Below, piece after piece: positions 1 through 8,298 of a DNA stretch of 64,000 nt (the first letter of the stretch is position 1; the number at the start of each line of letters is the position of its first letter). The stretch is from contig OZ244034.1 in the NCBI GenBank assembly GCA_965215185.1, forward strand, positions 1,024,001 to 1,088,000. The letters are read 5' to 3'. This DNA comes from Acidimicrobiia bacterium. Lineage in GTDB: Bacteria > Actinomycetota > Acidimicrobiia > Spongiisociales > ZC4RG35. Position numbers and translations under genes: made by a program. The notes under the pieces were generated by a model that was not told the DNA's origin, did no database searches, and worked only from the letters and a program-made list of their open reading frames with translations.

Positions 1-240
1 GGCTTCGACCCAAGAGCTGATCTGGAGTCGTTCGACCTCGCCGCTTGGGAGAGTTATTACGGGGGCGTGTTGGTGGCGTTTGGGGCCAACACGGCCCCTC
101 AACTGGGGGGAAGCAACGCCGCCCAAGGTCATATGGACGGCATTCTTCTGGAGGCCAACTTCACCCTGGACGGTGTCCCAATCATTCAAAACGGCGAGTT
201 CGTGGAGTCGACCGGGCTACGCTCATCCGGAGGTCTTTAG
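1..240 (+). CDS. C-terminal fragment of M29 aminopeptidase / NicX-like metalloprotein (runs off window start)
   Basis: Frame 1 is open to TAG at 238-240: ...VAFGANTAPQLGGSNAAQGHMDGILLEANFTLDGVPIIQNGEF..., matching the GGxN...HxD...lDG..ii..G C-terminus of this fold. Confidence 0.6.
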   Translation, partial: GFDPRADLESFDLAAWESYYGGVLVAFGANTAPQLGGSNAAQGHMDGILLEANFTLDGVPIIQNGEFVESTGLRSSGGL

Positions 241-254
241 CAGATGATCAGGAC

Positions 255-1181
255 ATGACTCAGAGGCAAGGGCGTTCTTCCCTTTACTACGAGGCAAGCC
301 CCACAAACCGGCCGACTCTTTGGGTGGAGCCGGGTGAAGTGTTCGAGGTGGTCACCCAGATGGGTGGGGGTCCTGACCTCTCGGTGGTGCCTGATGACCT
401 TCGGGACGAGTGGTCGAGATATCACTCATATGAGGTCGAGCGCGGCAACCCGTCTTCGGGTGCAATCTGGGTACGGGGCGCCAGGCCGGGGCTGGCGATA
501 GAGGTAGTGATTGAGGCTATGGAACTGGCGCCCGTTGGTTACATCGCCTTCTGGGGGGACAATCCGCTATTTCCAAGGACACCCGTCACGACATCGCAAC
601 TGACCGCGGCGCGGGTGGTTCGGATCCAAGACGAACGGGTGATATGGAAGGAAGGGTTGGCTATTCGAGCCCAACCCATGGTGGGCATGGTTGCTGTTGC
701 TCCCGCCTATGAAGCGCAGTCGACTCTTCGGGTAGGGGAGTGGGGGGGAAACATGGATGTGCAGGAGGTTGGCCCGGGCGCCAGAGTGCGCCTGGCAGTC
801 AATGTCCCGGGCGCTTTACTGCATCTTGGCGACGTTCATGCACTGCAGGGCGATGGCGAGATAGCAGGAACTGCCATCGAAACGGGGGCTCTGATACGTC
901 TGCGGGTCGAACTCATGGAACGGCCAGCCGAGATGATCTGGCCCCGGATCGTAACACCGACTCGCATCTTGACGGTGGGTTCCGGTCGTCCTGCAGAAAC
1001 GGCTTTCCAGATTGCGGTGAGCGAGTTGATCAAGTGGCTTCATGCCGATTACCGGCTTCAACCCGAGGAAGCTGTTCTGCTTCTCGGTCAGGTTCTGGAA
1101 GCGCGCGCCACCCAGGTAGTTAACCCGACGATCACCTATGTCGCCGGCATCAAGGACGAAATACTGAGGAGACTCTTGTGA
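255..1181 (+). CDS. acetamidase/formamidase family protein
   Basis: GNPSSGAIWVRGARPG, GGNMD, HLGDVHALQGDGEIAGTAIE motifs; ATG 255 preferred because 45-240 overlaps the upstream gene. Confidence 0.85.
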   Translation: MTQRQGRSSLYYEASPTNRPTLWVEPGEVFEVVTQMGGGPDLSVVPDDLRDEWSRYHSYEVERGNPSSGAIWVRGARPGLAIEVVIEAMELAPVGYIAFWGDNPLFPRTPVTTSQLTAARVVRIQDERVIWKEGLAIRAQPMVGMVAVAPAYEAQSTLRVGEWGGNMDVQEVGPGARVRLAVNVPGALLHLGDVHALQGDGEIAGTAIETGALIRLRVELMERPAEMIWPRIVTPTRILTVGSGRPAETAFQIAVSELIKWLHADYRLQPEEAVLLLGQVLEARATQVVNPTITYVAGIKDEILRRLL

Positions 1182-1192
1182 AGAGACGCGTT

Positions 1193-1210
1193 CTCCCCTC
1201 GACTGGGGAG
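1193..1210 (+). terminator. possible terminator hairpin
   Basis: CTCCCC-tcgact-GGGGAG just after the acetamidase stop; weak U-tract. Confidence 0.35.
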
Positions 1211-1423
1211 GTCTTTGCCGTGGGTACTCCCTTGACGTTAAGTCACGCCTATGGCAATCTGTTTGTAGCTATTCAGTGTCTACAGTGGATCGATGTCAAA
1301 CAGGGATGAATGCGCCCCGGGGATACCCACACATAGGGACTTCTCCCCGAACAGGACATGCCCATTCTCGGACGTGACCCGCTCATTCGCGGAGGTGTCG
1401 GGCCACCCGGGGGTCACCACCCT

Positions 1424-1906
1424 CTAGTCAGGGTTGTTGACTAGGTGGGTGGCGGCGTTGTCGAAGTGCTCAAACATGAGAGCCCGGATCTCAGCGGGCA
1501 GCGGTCGGCCGGTGCCGTCGGCGAGGATAGCTTCGTCGAGTGAGGCTGTCATGTTTGCCATCCATGCGTCGCGTTCGGCCCAACCGATGGTGAAGGGCTG
1601 GTGGCGCATCCCAAGACGCGGGTGGCCTCGCACCTCGCTGTAACGGGGCGGGCCGCCCCAGTACTGGGCCAAGAAGCCAGCCAGTCGCGTCTTGGAGGGC
1701 CGCAGGTCCCTCGGATACATGGGCCGCAGCAGCGGGTCGCCCTCCACGGCCTCGTAGAAACGATTGACAAGATCGTCGAAAAAGCTCTGGCCTCCCACCG
1801 CCTCGTACACAGTAGGAGGCGCCTTCATCGCCTCTCGCAAAGACCCGCGCAGGGTCACCCCCGCCGGGTGACTCTCTTCGCCATCCATACTGTCAGACTC
1901 ACTCAC
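1424..1906 (-). CDS. glbO: group II truncated hemoglobin (GlbO-like)
   Basis: YEAVGG...FY...LRPMYP...FLAQYWGGP..YS..RGHPRLGMRH..F...ERDAW signature. Confidence 0.9.
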   Translation of the reverse strand: MSESDSMDGEESHPAGVTLRGSLREAMKAPPTVYEAVGGQSFFDDLVNRFYEAVEGDPLLRPMYPRDLRPSKTRLAGFLAQYWGGPPRYSEVRGHPRLGMRHQPFTIGWAERDAWMANMTASLDEAILADGTGRPLPAEIRALMFEHFDNAATHLVNNPD

Positions 1907-1961
1907 GACGCTCAGCCTATAAGACTGTTCCCTGTATTGATCACCTCTTAGGCATGTCCGG

Positions 1962-2195
1962 TGTCCTTCCCACAGAGGTGGGTTCCAGGTTCGGTGATAG
2001 GTGGTTGGTGTTGTAGTGAACTGTGGTGACTGTAGGTGCGGAGGAACCTGGTGAGGGTTCTGGAGGCGTTGTGGTTGGGTAGGGCGTTTGTGGGCGCATC
2101 CTTGGAGGAGGGTTTAGCGGAAGCATTCATTTTCCCGTTCGTTTGGGGCGGTGGGGTCTGATCAGTTTGTGGGTGGCGCCGATCTTTGTGCAGTC
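1962..2195 (-). mobile_element. degraded IS481-family transposase 3' end with terminal TGT end
   Basis: Minus-strand frameshifted pieces IGATHKLIRPHRP / QTNGK / ECFR*TLLQGCAHKR / RFLRTYSHHSSLQHQPPITEPGTHLCGKDT follow the IS481 C-terminal pattern and run into an end starting TGT at 1962. Confidence 0.7.
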
Positions 2196-2341
2196 GTTCT
2201 CACGGGGGCTTCCTTTGATCTCGACGGAATGTGTTATCCCCCGAATCGAACCCGGGAGGTCCTCAACAACCAAGCACCCTGTCAACCACATCTATGGAAA
2301 ATATACCTAAAAAAGGAACAGCCGCGGGGCTTCTCAATCAA

Positions 2342-2356
2342 GCATAATGTTATACT
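2342..2356 (+). promoter_or_regulatory. extended -10 (TGtTATACT) overlapped by near-palindrome GCATAAtgTTATAC, candidate GntR operator
   Basis: Seen directly; a similar site lies at 12127-12140. Confidence 0.5.
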
Positions 2357-2391
2357 AATTGCGAAGAATTCGGACAGAGAAAGGAACTCAA

Positions 2392-3639
2392 ATGCGGATC
2401 AAGAGAGGACGACTTGTCCCCCGGATAGCGGTGCTGGCTACATTGGCGTTGATAATTGCTGCCTGCGGGGACGACGCAACTACCGCGCCTGTGGCAACCA
2501 CCGCTGCTACTACTGCAGCGCCGGTACAGACTACCACTACTACCGCTGCACCCGTAGAAACTACCGCCGCGCCGGTGGAGACCACGGTTGCAAGTGAAGA
2601 TCCCGGGGTTGCTGAGGCCAAGGCCATCGTGGAGGCTCTCACCGCCGCGCCTTCCTTTGAGTTCGGCGGCCCGCCCATCGAGGTGGGGGACCAATTGCAG
2701 GGCAAACGGATCTATGCGATTGGCAATGGGCTGGAGTTCTTTTTCGTGAAGAACTGGCTCGCTGGCGTCGAGGAAGCTGCCGGGGAACTCGGAATGGAAG
2801 TGACCGCCGTTGATGCTGGCGTAAACGACCCGGTCGGGCTGATTGATCAGGCCGTGGCCCAAGCCTACGACGTAATTCTCATCCAGAGCGTCGACTCCGG
2901 TACGGTGGCGGCGCCTCTCGCAGACGCCAGGGATGCTGGGATCCCGACCATTGAGCTCACGACATCGGATGGACACCTGCCTACTGCTGAGGAAGCCGCA
3001 CGCGGAGTGTTCGGATACGTGTCTTTTTGCTATTCGTGTGCGGGCGCACAAATGGCCGCCTTCATTGTTGCCGATAGCGAAGGAACCGGTACCGGTGTTA
3101 TCTACACAGTGCCAGGTCTGGTGGTGAGTGAAGCTATGGTGACGGCTTTTCAGGCAGAGATGAATCGGCTTTGCTCGGATTGTGGCACCGCTGTCGTAGA
3201 AGCGCCCTTCGCCCAGTGGGGTGACCTGCAGGGTCTCACCGGTACTGCGATCGAAACCTACCTCGACGACGGGCCACTCTATCTCGTTGCGGTGTTCGAC
3301 GCGATGGTCCCCATCGGAGTGGCGGCCACCATTGCAGAGAAAGGTGTTGAGGATCAGGTAAAGATCGTTACCTACAACGGCACCGATGCAGGACTGTCCG
3401 GCGTTGCAGACGGCACCGTCGCCGCCGACATAGGTGGACCTCAGTCGTGGCTGGGATGGGCAACCGTAGATCAGGTTGCCAGGGCCCTGTTGGGCGAGGA
3501 TCCAGCCGCTGATGAGATGCTCCCACATCGGATCTTCTCTGCTGACAACATTGGCGATGTCGACCTGGGTGGCCCCGAATCCGAGTGGTATGGCGGAACT
3601 GATTTCCGAGCTGCCTACCGGGCCCTCTGGGGTATGTAG
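2392..3639 (+). CDS. sugar ABC transporter substrate-binding lipoprotein (RbsB-like)
   Basis: Lipobox IIAAC, Thr-rich linker, PBP type 1 features; SD GAAAGGA before ATG 2392. Confidence 0.85.
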   Translation: MRIKRGRLVPRIAVLATLALIIAACGDDATTAPVATTAATTAAPVQTTTTTAAPVETTAAPVETTVASEDPGVAEAKAIVEALTAAPSFEFGGPPIEVGDQLQGKRIYAIGNGLEFFFVKNWLAGVEEAAGELGMEVTAVDAGVNDPVGLIDQAVAQAYDVILIQSVDSGTVAAPLADARDAGIPTIELTTSDGHLPTAEEAARGVFGYVSFCYSCAGAQMAAFIVADSEGTGTGVIYTVPGLVVSEAMVTAFQAEMNRLCSDCGTAVVEAPFAQWGDLQGLTGTAIETYLDDGPLYLVAVFDAMVPIGVAATIAEKGVEDQVKIVTYNGTDAGLSGVADGTVAADIGGPQSWLGWATVDQVARALLGEDPAADEMLPHRIFSADNIGDVDLGGPESEWYGGTDFRAAYRALWGM

Positions 3640-3682
3640 TTTGGCTAAGGTAAAAAGCGTGGCCTGAGTCGATAGGAGGGTA

Positions 3683-5221
3683 ATGACAGACAGCCTGCCA
3701 CCGATCCTTGAGGCAAGGGGATTTGGCAAGACGTTCGGTGGCAGGACTGTCCTTCGGGATGCCGAAATGACCATCCATCCCGGCGAAATCCGAGGACTGG
3801 TGGGACAGAACGGTTCGGGAAAGTCCACATTCATCAAGATCCTCTCGGGTTATCATGGCCCCGATGACGGGGCCACCCTCGCAGTAAGGGGACGGCGCGT
3901 AGAGTTCCCCATTTCCCCCGACGAGCCAGCTCGACTGGGCATCAGCTTCGTTCACCAGGATCTGGGCCTCTTCGAGGCAGGGACGGTTCTTGAGAACCTC
4001 TTGGTCGGTCGTTACCAGACACGACCTGCATGGCGGATCTCCTGGCGGCACGAGACTCGCCGAACCCGTCAGTTGTTGGAGCCGTTTGGACTCGATGTCG
4101 ATCCTGCAACCCCGCTGACCAAGCTCACTGAAGTGGAGCGAGCCATCATTGCCATTGCCCGGGCGATGTCCGGGCTTGATTCAAACGGCGGACTATTGGT
4201 TCTCGACGAAGCGACGTCCCGGTTTCCCCGCGACACCGCCTACGCCTTTTTTGACGCGGTGCGGGATGTTGCCGCACGGGGTATGGGAGTGCTCTTCGTT
4301 AGCCATCGCTCCGAGGAGGTGCTGGCACTGACCGACACCATTACAGTGTTCCGTGATGGGGTTGTCGTTGCTGACCGTCCCACTACAGATTTTGACGAGC
4401 AAAACCTGGTCAAAGCCATCCTCGGGTTTTCCCTGGAGAATTTCTACCCCGAGCCCCATCACACGACTCAGGATTTGGTGTTAACGGTCACCGACCTCAC
4501 CGGTCCTATGGTCGACGGGTTCTCCGCTAGCGTCCACCACGGGGAGATCCTGGGTCTCACTGGCCTACTTGGTATGGGCCACGATCTAGTGCCACATCTC
4601 ATATTCGGGTCGATAGTTGCTACCGGCGGCGCCATCGAGATCGGCGGCGCGGTGTACTCGGCGGTCGGGATGACTCCCCGCCGTGCTATGGATGTTGGTT
4701 TGGCGCTGCTGCCCTCGAACCGGCTGCGGGAGGGCGGCGTGGCTGGAGCCTCCGTCGCCGAGAACGTGACACTGGCGATCCTTGACCGATTCCACGTAAG
4801 GGGTTTGTTACGGCGCCGGCGAGAAGAACAGACCGCAGAGCGTATGATGGCCGATTTCAAGGTGGAGCCCGTTGCTGCCGGGCTGCCCCTGGGCACCTTC
4901 AGTGGAGGGAACCAACAAAAGAGCCTTGTCGCCAAGTGGTTCGCTACCCAACCCCGCCTTTTGCTACTCGACGAACCCACCCACGGCGTGGACGTGGGCT
5001 CGAAGAAGCAGATCTTCAAACATCTCAGAGACAGCGCTGAGAGTGGCACGGGTATCGTTATTGCGTCAGTCGAAGCAGAGGATCTTGCCCAGGTCTGTGA
5101 TCGTGTCCTTGTCTTCCGCGACGGTCGGGTAGTGTCTGAGCTTACGGGTTCCAGACTTACTGCGGCAAGGATCCGGCAGCAGGCTCTGATCGGGAATGCC
5201 ACAGCCGCGACGACCTTGTGA
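3683..5221 (+). CDS. sugar ABC transporter ATP-binding protein (tandem NBD, RbsA/MglA type)
   Basis: GQNGSGKS, FSGGNQQK, LLDEPTHGVDVG. Confidence 0.92.
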   Translation: MTDSLPPILEARGFGKTFGGRTVLRDAEMTIHPGEIRGLVGQNGSGKSTFIKILSGYHGPDDGATLAVRGRRVEFPISPDEPARLGISFVHQDLGLFEAGTVLENLLVGRYQTRPAWRISWRHETRRTRQLLEPFGLDVDPATPLTKLTEVERAIIAIARAMSGLDSNGGLLVLDEATSRFPRDTAYAFFDAVRDVAARGMGVLFVSHRSEEVLALTDTITVFRDGVVVADRPTTDFDEQNLVKAILGFSLENFYPEPHHTTQDLVLTVTDLTGPMVDGFSASVHHGEILGLTGLLGMGHDLVPHLIFGSIVATGGAIEIGGAVYSAVGMTPRRAMDVGLALLPSNRLREGGVAGASVAENVTLAILDRFHVRGLLRRRREEQTAERMMADFKVEPVAAGLPLGTFSGGNQQKSLVAKWFATQPRLLLLDEPTHGVDVGSKKQIFKHLRDSAESGTGIVIASVEAEDLAQVCDRVLVFRDGRVVSELTGSRLTAARIRQQALIGNATAATTL

Positions 5222-5237
5222 CACAGGAAGGGTATTG

Positions 5238-6227
5238 ATGGCTGCTTTCCGGGAGACTCCGCCGAAAAACCATCTTGAGTCGCGTGTCCCGGTCTACTTG
5301 AACCGCTATGCGCTTCTAATGGCCTGGATATTGATCATCATCATCTTCGGCATTCTCCAACCTGAATTGTTTCTGCGTCCCCGTAACTTCCTAACCATTT
5401 TCAGCGAACGCTCGATCCTATTGATTCTTACTCTCGGAATGCTGCCGGGTCTGGCCGCCGGTGAGTATGACCTGTCTGCCGCTTCCACGATGGGATTGTC
5501 GTTTGTGGTCCTGGGCTGGCTCAATGTTATCCATGGATGGCCGGTGGCGCCCGCCATTGTCTTGGCTCTCCTTGCGGCTCTTGTCGTAGGAATTATCAAT
5601 GCTCTGGTGATCGTGGTGCTTGATGTTCCCTCGATTGTCGCCACCCTCGGCATGGCCACGTTGCTGGCGGGTACTGCTCTCGGTATCAACAACCTCATTG
5701 TCTCTGGCATTTCGCCGGGTCTTGTCAGTTTCGCCCGAACCAAGGTATTCGGCCTCCAGTTGGTGTTCTTTTACGCTCTGGCCCTTACCTTTGTCCTTTG
5801 GTACGTTTTTGCTTACACACCCTTGGGCCGGTATATCTATTTTGTCGGCGCTGGACGTGATGTGGCGCGTCTCACCGGGATCAGAGTGAACGCGATCCGA
5901 GCCGGAAGCTTGATCGCCGGTTCGGTGATCGCTGGATTGGCCGGTGTGCTCCTGGCAGGACGCAACGGATCGGTTGACCCCAACTTCGCCCCGGGTCTGC
6001 TGCTTCCCGCTTTCGCTGGCGCATTCTTGGGATCTACCACCGTCACGCCAGGCCGCTTCAATGCCTGGGGGACATTCATCGCTGTTTATTTCCTGGTAAC
6101 TGGTATCAATGGTTTGCAGTTGATGAAGATCACCGGGTGGGTGGAGCAAGTTTTCTTCGGGGCTGCCCTCGTCATCGGTGTTGTGTTCTCTCAACTCGCG
6201 GGTCGACGTAGGGTAATGGGGGCGTGA
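5238..6227 (+). CDS. sugar ABC transporter permease (RbsC type)
   Basis: Multiple TM segments, GEYDLS, VPSIVATLG, TPLGRYIYFVG motifs. Confidence 0.9.
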   Translation: MAAFRETPPKNHLESRVPVYLNRYALLMAWILIIIIFGILQPELFLRPRNFLTIFSERSILLILTLGMLPGLAAGEYDLSAASTMGLSFVVLGWLNVIHGWPVAPAIVLALLAALVVGIINALVIVVLDVPSIVATLGMATLLAGTALGINNLIVSGISPGLVSFARTKVFGLQLVFFYALALTFVLWYVFAYTPLGRYIYFVGAGRDVARLTGIRVNAIRAGSLIAGSVIAGLAGVLLAGRNGSVDPNFAPGLLLPAFAGAFLGSTTVTPGRFNAWGTFIAVYFLVTGINGLQLMKITGWVEQVFFGAALVIGVVFSQLAGRRRVMGA

Positions 6228-6418
6228 TGGGTGGGGTTTCGGTGCCCGAACAGACGAATCGGACGCCGGGATCGGCCGAGTCCGACAACATCCCGTGGCG
6301 CGGGACCCGCGGTTAAGACACGGCGGCGCTCTTCTTTACGGCGAAGTTGGCATGGTGTTGACTAGCTCAAAGCGGGCGCCCTCGTCGGTCTGCAATGATT
6401 GCCAAAGGAGGAAACCTG

Positions 6419-7612
6419 ATGCGACGGATCACCGACCCTGCCTCCGAACGGATCCTGGTGGGAGTCATGTGCGGCACTTCCGGAGACGGAATCAGCGTTG
6501 GCATCGTCGGCACTAAGGGTGGCGGGCGGAACCGCCAGGTCAGGGTGCTTCGACATGAAGTCATTCCGTATCCGGCCAAGGCGCGGGAGCAACTCTTTCG
6601 ACTCTTTCCCCCGCAGCGATTCTCTGCCAGCGAACTAGCCGTAACGCACCGCCTCTTCGGTCAACTCATCGGCGATGCCGTTGTGGCCGTCACCTCCCGA
6701 GCCGGTTTTGAGTCCGGCGATATCACCGCGGTGGTCTCCCAGGCGCCAACCCTAATTCACACACCGCCCAAAGGGGGAGAGGACGGTATTCACATCGAGA
6801 TCGGGGAACCCGCGGTGATAGCCGAGATAGTTGGTGTCCCAGTGGTTGCCGACCTCCGCCCAAGCGACGTTGCCGCCGGGGGTCACGGCGCTCCGCTCAG
6901 CGCTTACGCCGACTGGGTATTGTTTGCCCACCCTGTCCGCAGCCGGGCCGTCCAGAACATCGGTGGGATCGCAAATGTCACCTTTCTTCCGCCCGATCCG
7001 GGGCTCGAAGACGTTGTGGCCTTCGACACCGGGCCGGGGAACATGGTGATTGATGCGGTAGTGCAGGCGCTCAGCGGGGGAAAGAAAGCATATGACGAAC
7101 GGGGCGCTTGGGCATCTCGAGGCGCAGTGCATCGGGGTTTGATCGAGTGGATGATGCGTCATCCCTATTTGGCCGGTCCTATCCCCAAGACCAGCGGCCG
7201 GGAGGACTTCGGGCAGCCGTTTGCCGACGAGACCTGTTCCGCCGCCGCCGCGATGGGTGTGAGCGACGACGATCTGGTTGCCACAGTTACGGCATTCACC
7301 GTGGAGTGCATCGCTTTGCACTATGCGCGAGATCTGGAGCCTCGGGGCGGTGTTGACGAGGTGGTGCTCTACGGTGGCGGCGTCCACAATGCAACCCTCG
7401 TCGACATGTTGCGCAGCCGGCTTCACCCAACACCGATCCGGTTCCACGACGAGTTCGGCATCTCCGGTGACGCTCGAGAAGCGGTCACCTGGGTGATCCT
7501 TGGCGATGAGACTCTCGCCGGCCGACCCGCCAACGTGCCCGCTGCAAGCGGGGCTCACCACCAGGTGGTACTAGGCAAGATTGTCCGCGCTAAACCCATG
7601 CAGGATCAATGA
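6419..7612 (+). CDS. anmK: anhydro-N-acetylmuramic acid kinase family protein (divergent)
   Basis: GVMCGTSGDG, DVAAGGHGAPL, NIGGIAN, FDTGPGN, PKTSGREDFG, GGGVHN motifs; SD AAGGAGG before ATG 6419. Confidence 0.85.
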   Translation: MRRITDPASERILVGVMCGTSGDGISVGIVGTKGGGRNRQVRVLRHEVIPYPAKAREQLFRLFPPQRFSASELAVTHRLFGQLIGDAVVAVTSRAGFESGDITAVVSQAPTLIHTPPKGGEDGIHIEIGEPAVIAEIVGVPVVADLRPSDVAAGGHGAPLSAYADWVLFAHPVRSRAVQNIGGIANVTFLPPDPGLEDVVAFDTGPGNMVIDAVVQALSGGKKAYDERGAWASRGAVHRGLIEWMMRHPYLAGPIPKTSGREDFGQPFADETCSAAAAMGVSDDDLVATVTAFTVECIALHYARDLEPRGGVDEVVLYGGGVHNATLVDMLRSRLHPTPIRFHDEFGISGDAREAVTWVILGDETLAGRPANVPAASGAHHQVVLGKIVRAKPMQDQ

Positions 7613-8298
7613 CGATCCTGATCGTGGGAGCCCATGCCATGGATGCCGAGATCATGTCCGGCGCGTTCGCTTTGAAGGCAGCTCGGGATGGTCATCGGGT
7701 GGTGCTGTTTCATCTCAGCAGGGGTGAACGCGGCCACCCCACCACCCCGCCCGCCCGGTTTGGTCGACAACTTGAGGTTGAGATGGCCGAGGCGGCTACC
7801 GCCCTGGGTGTCGAGCAACAGTGGAGCGGGCTGCGGGCACCCCTCCCGCACCCGGATGAGGTAGCTACTGTTGTCGCCGCAAAAGTCGACAGCCTCAGAC
7901 CCGCCCTAGTGGTCACCCACTGGAAAGGATCGTGGCATCCCAGCCATCGCCGCTCCCATGATGCGACCGTAGCGGCGCTGGAGCTAACCGGTGGCGGGAT
8001 TCCGCTGGTGTACGCCGAGAATTGTGAAGACCTCAACGGGTTCCGGGTCGACTTATTCGTGCCCATCGACGAAGAGTACGAATCCTGGCTGGCGGCCCTC
8101 CGGTGCTATGAGTTGTTCCGCCGATCGGAACCAAGATCGAAGGATCCCAGCGCCATTCCCTACTGGGCCTATTACACTGCGGCGGCTCGCGTGAGGGGCC
8201 TGCAAGCCAACCTCGACCTGGCGGCGGCTTTCATGCAAGGGTTCGGACCGGCGCCCCCCTCTGGGATGGGCTTTCAACAGTGCCCGCCGACGGGCTAG
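7609..8298 (+). CDS. PIG-L/LmbE family deacetylase
   Basis: ILIVGAHAMDAE, LSRGERG, VVTHW...HPSH; start overlaps the anmK stop (ATGA). Confidence 0.8.
   Translation: MTILIVGAHAMDAEIMSGAFALKAARDGHRVVLFHLSRGERGHPTTPPARFGRQLEVEMAEAATALGVEQQWSGLRAPLPHPDEVATVVAAKVDSLRPALVVTHWKGSWHPSHRRSHDATVAALELTGGGIPLVYAENCEDLNGFRVDLFVPIDEEYESWLAALRCYELFRRSEPRSKDPSAIPYWAYYTAAARVRGLQANLDLAAAFMQGFGPAPPSGMGFQQCPPTG

Noticed and set aside
1232-1420. Possible sRNA behind TTGACG-N17-CAATCT
   Set aside because: Weak -10 and no recognisable RNA family; unsupported
1960-1982. 23-bp direct repeat as attL/attR of an integrated island
   Set aside because: It coincides with the terminus of an IS481-like relic; no integrase or tRNA target is nearby
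2479-2590. ACC/ACT-rich tandem-like repeats (also 24330-24380 and 54640-54810)
   Set aside because: They encode Thr/Ala/Pro linkers of lipoproteins and membrane proteins, not CRISPR or DNA repeats
2350-3837. Long antisense ORFs (also 4468-5202, 20742-21806, 23239-24228, 38316-39380 and others)
   Set aside because: Shadow frames of well-supported genes in GC-rich DNA; no motifs of their own
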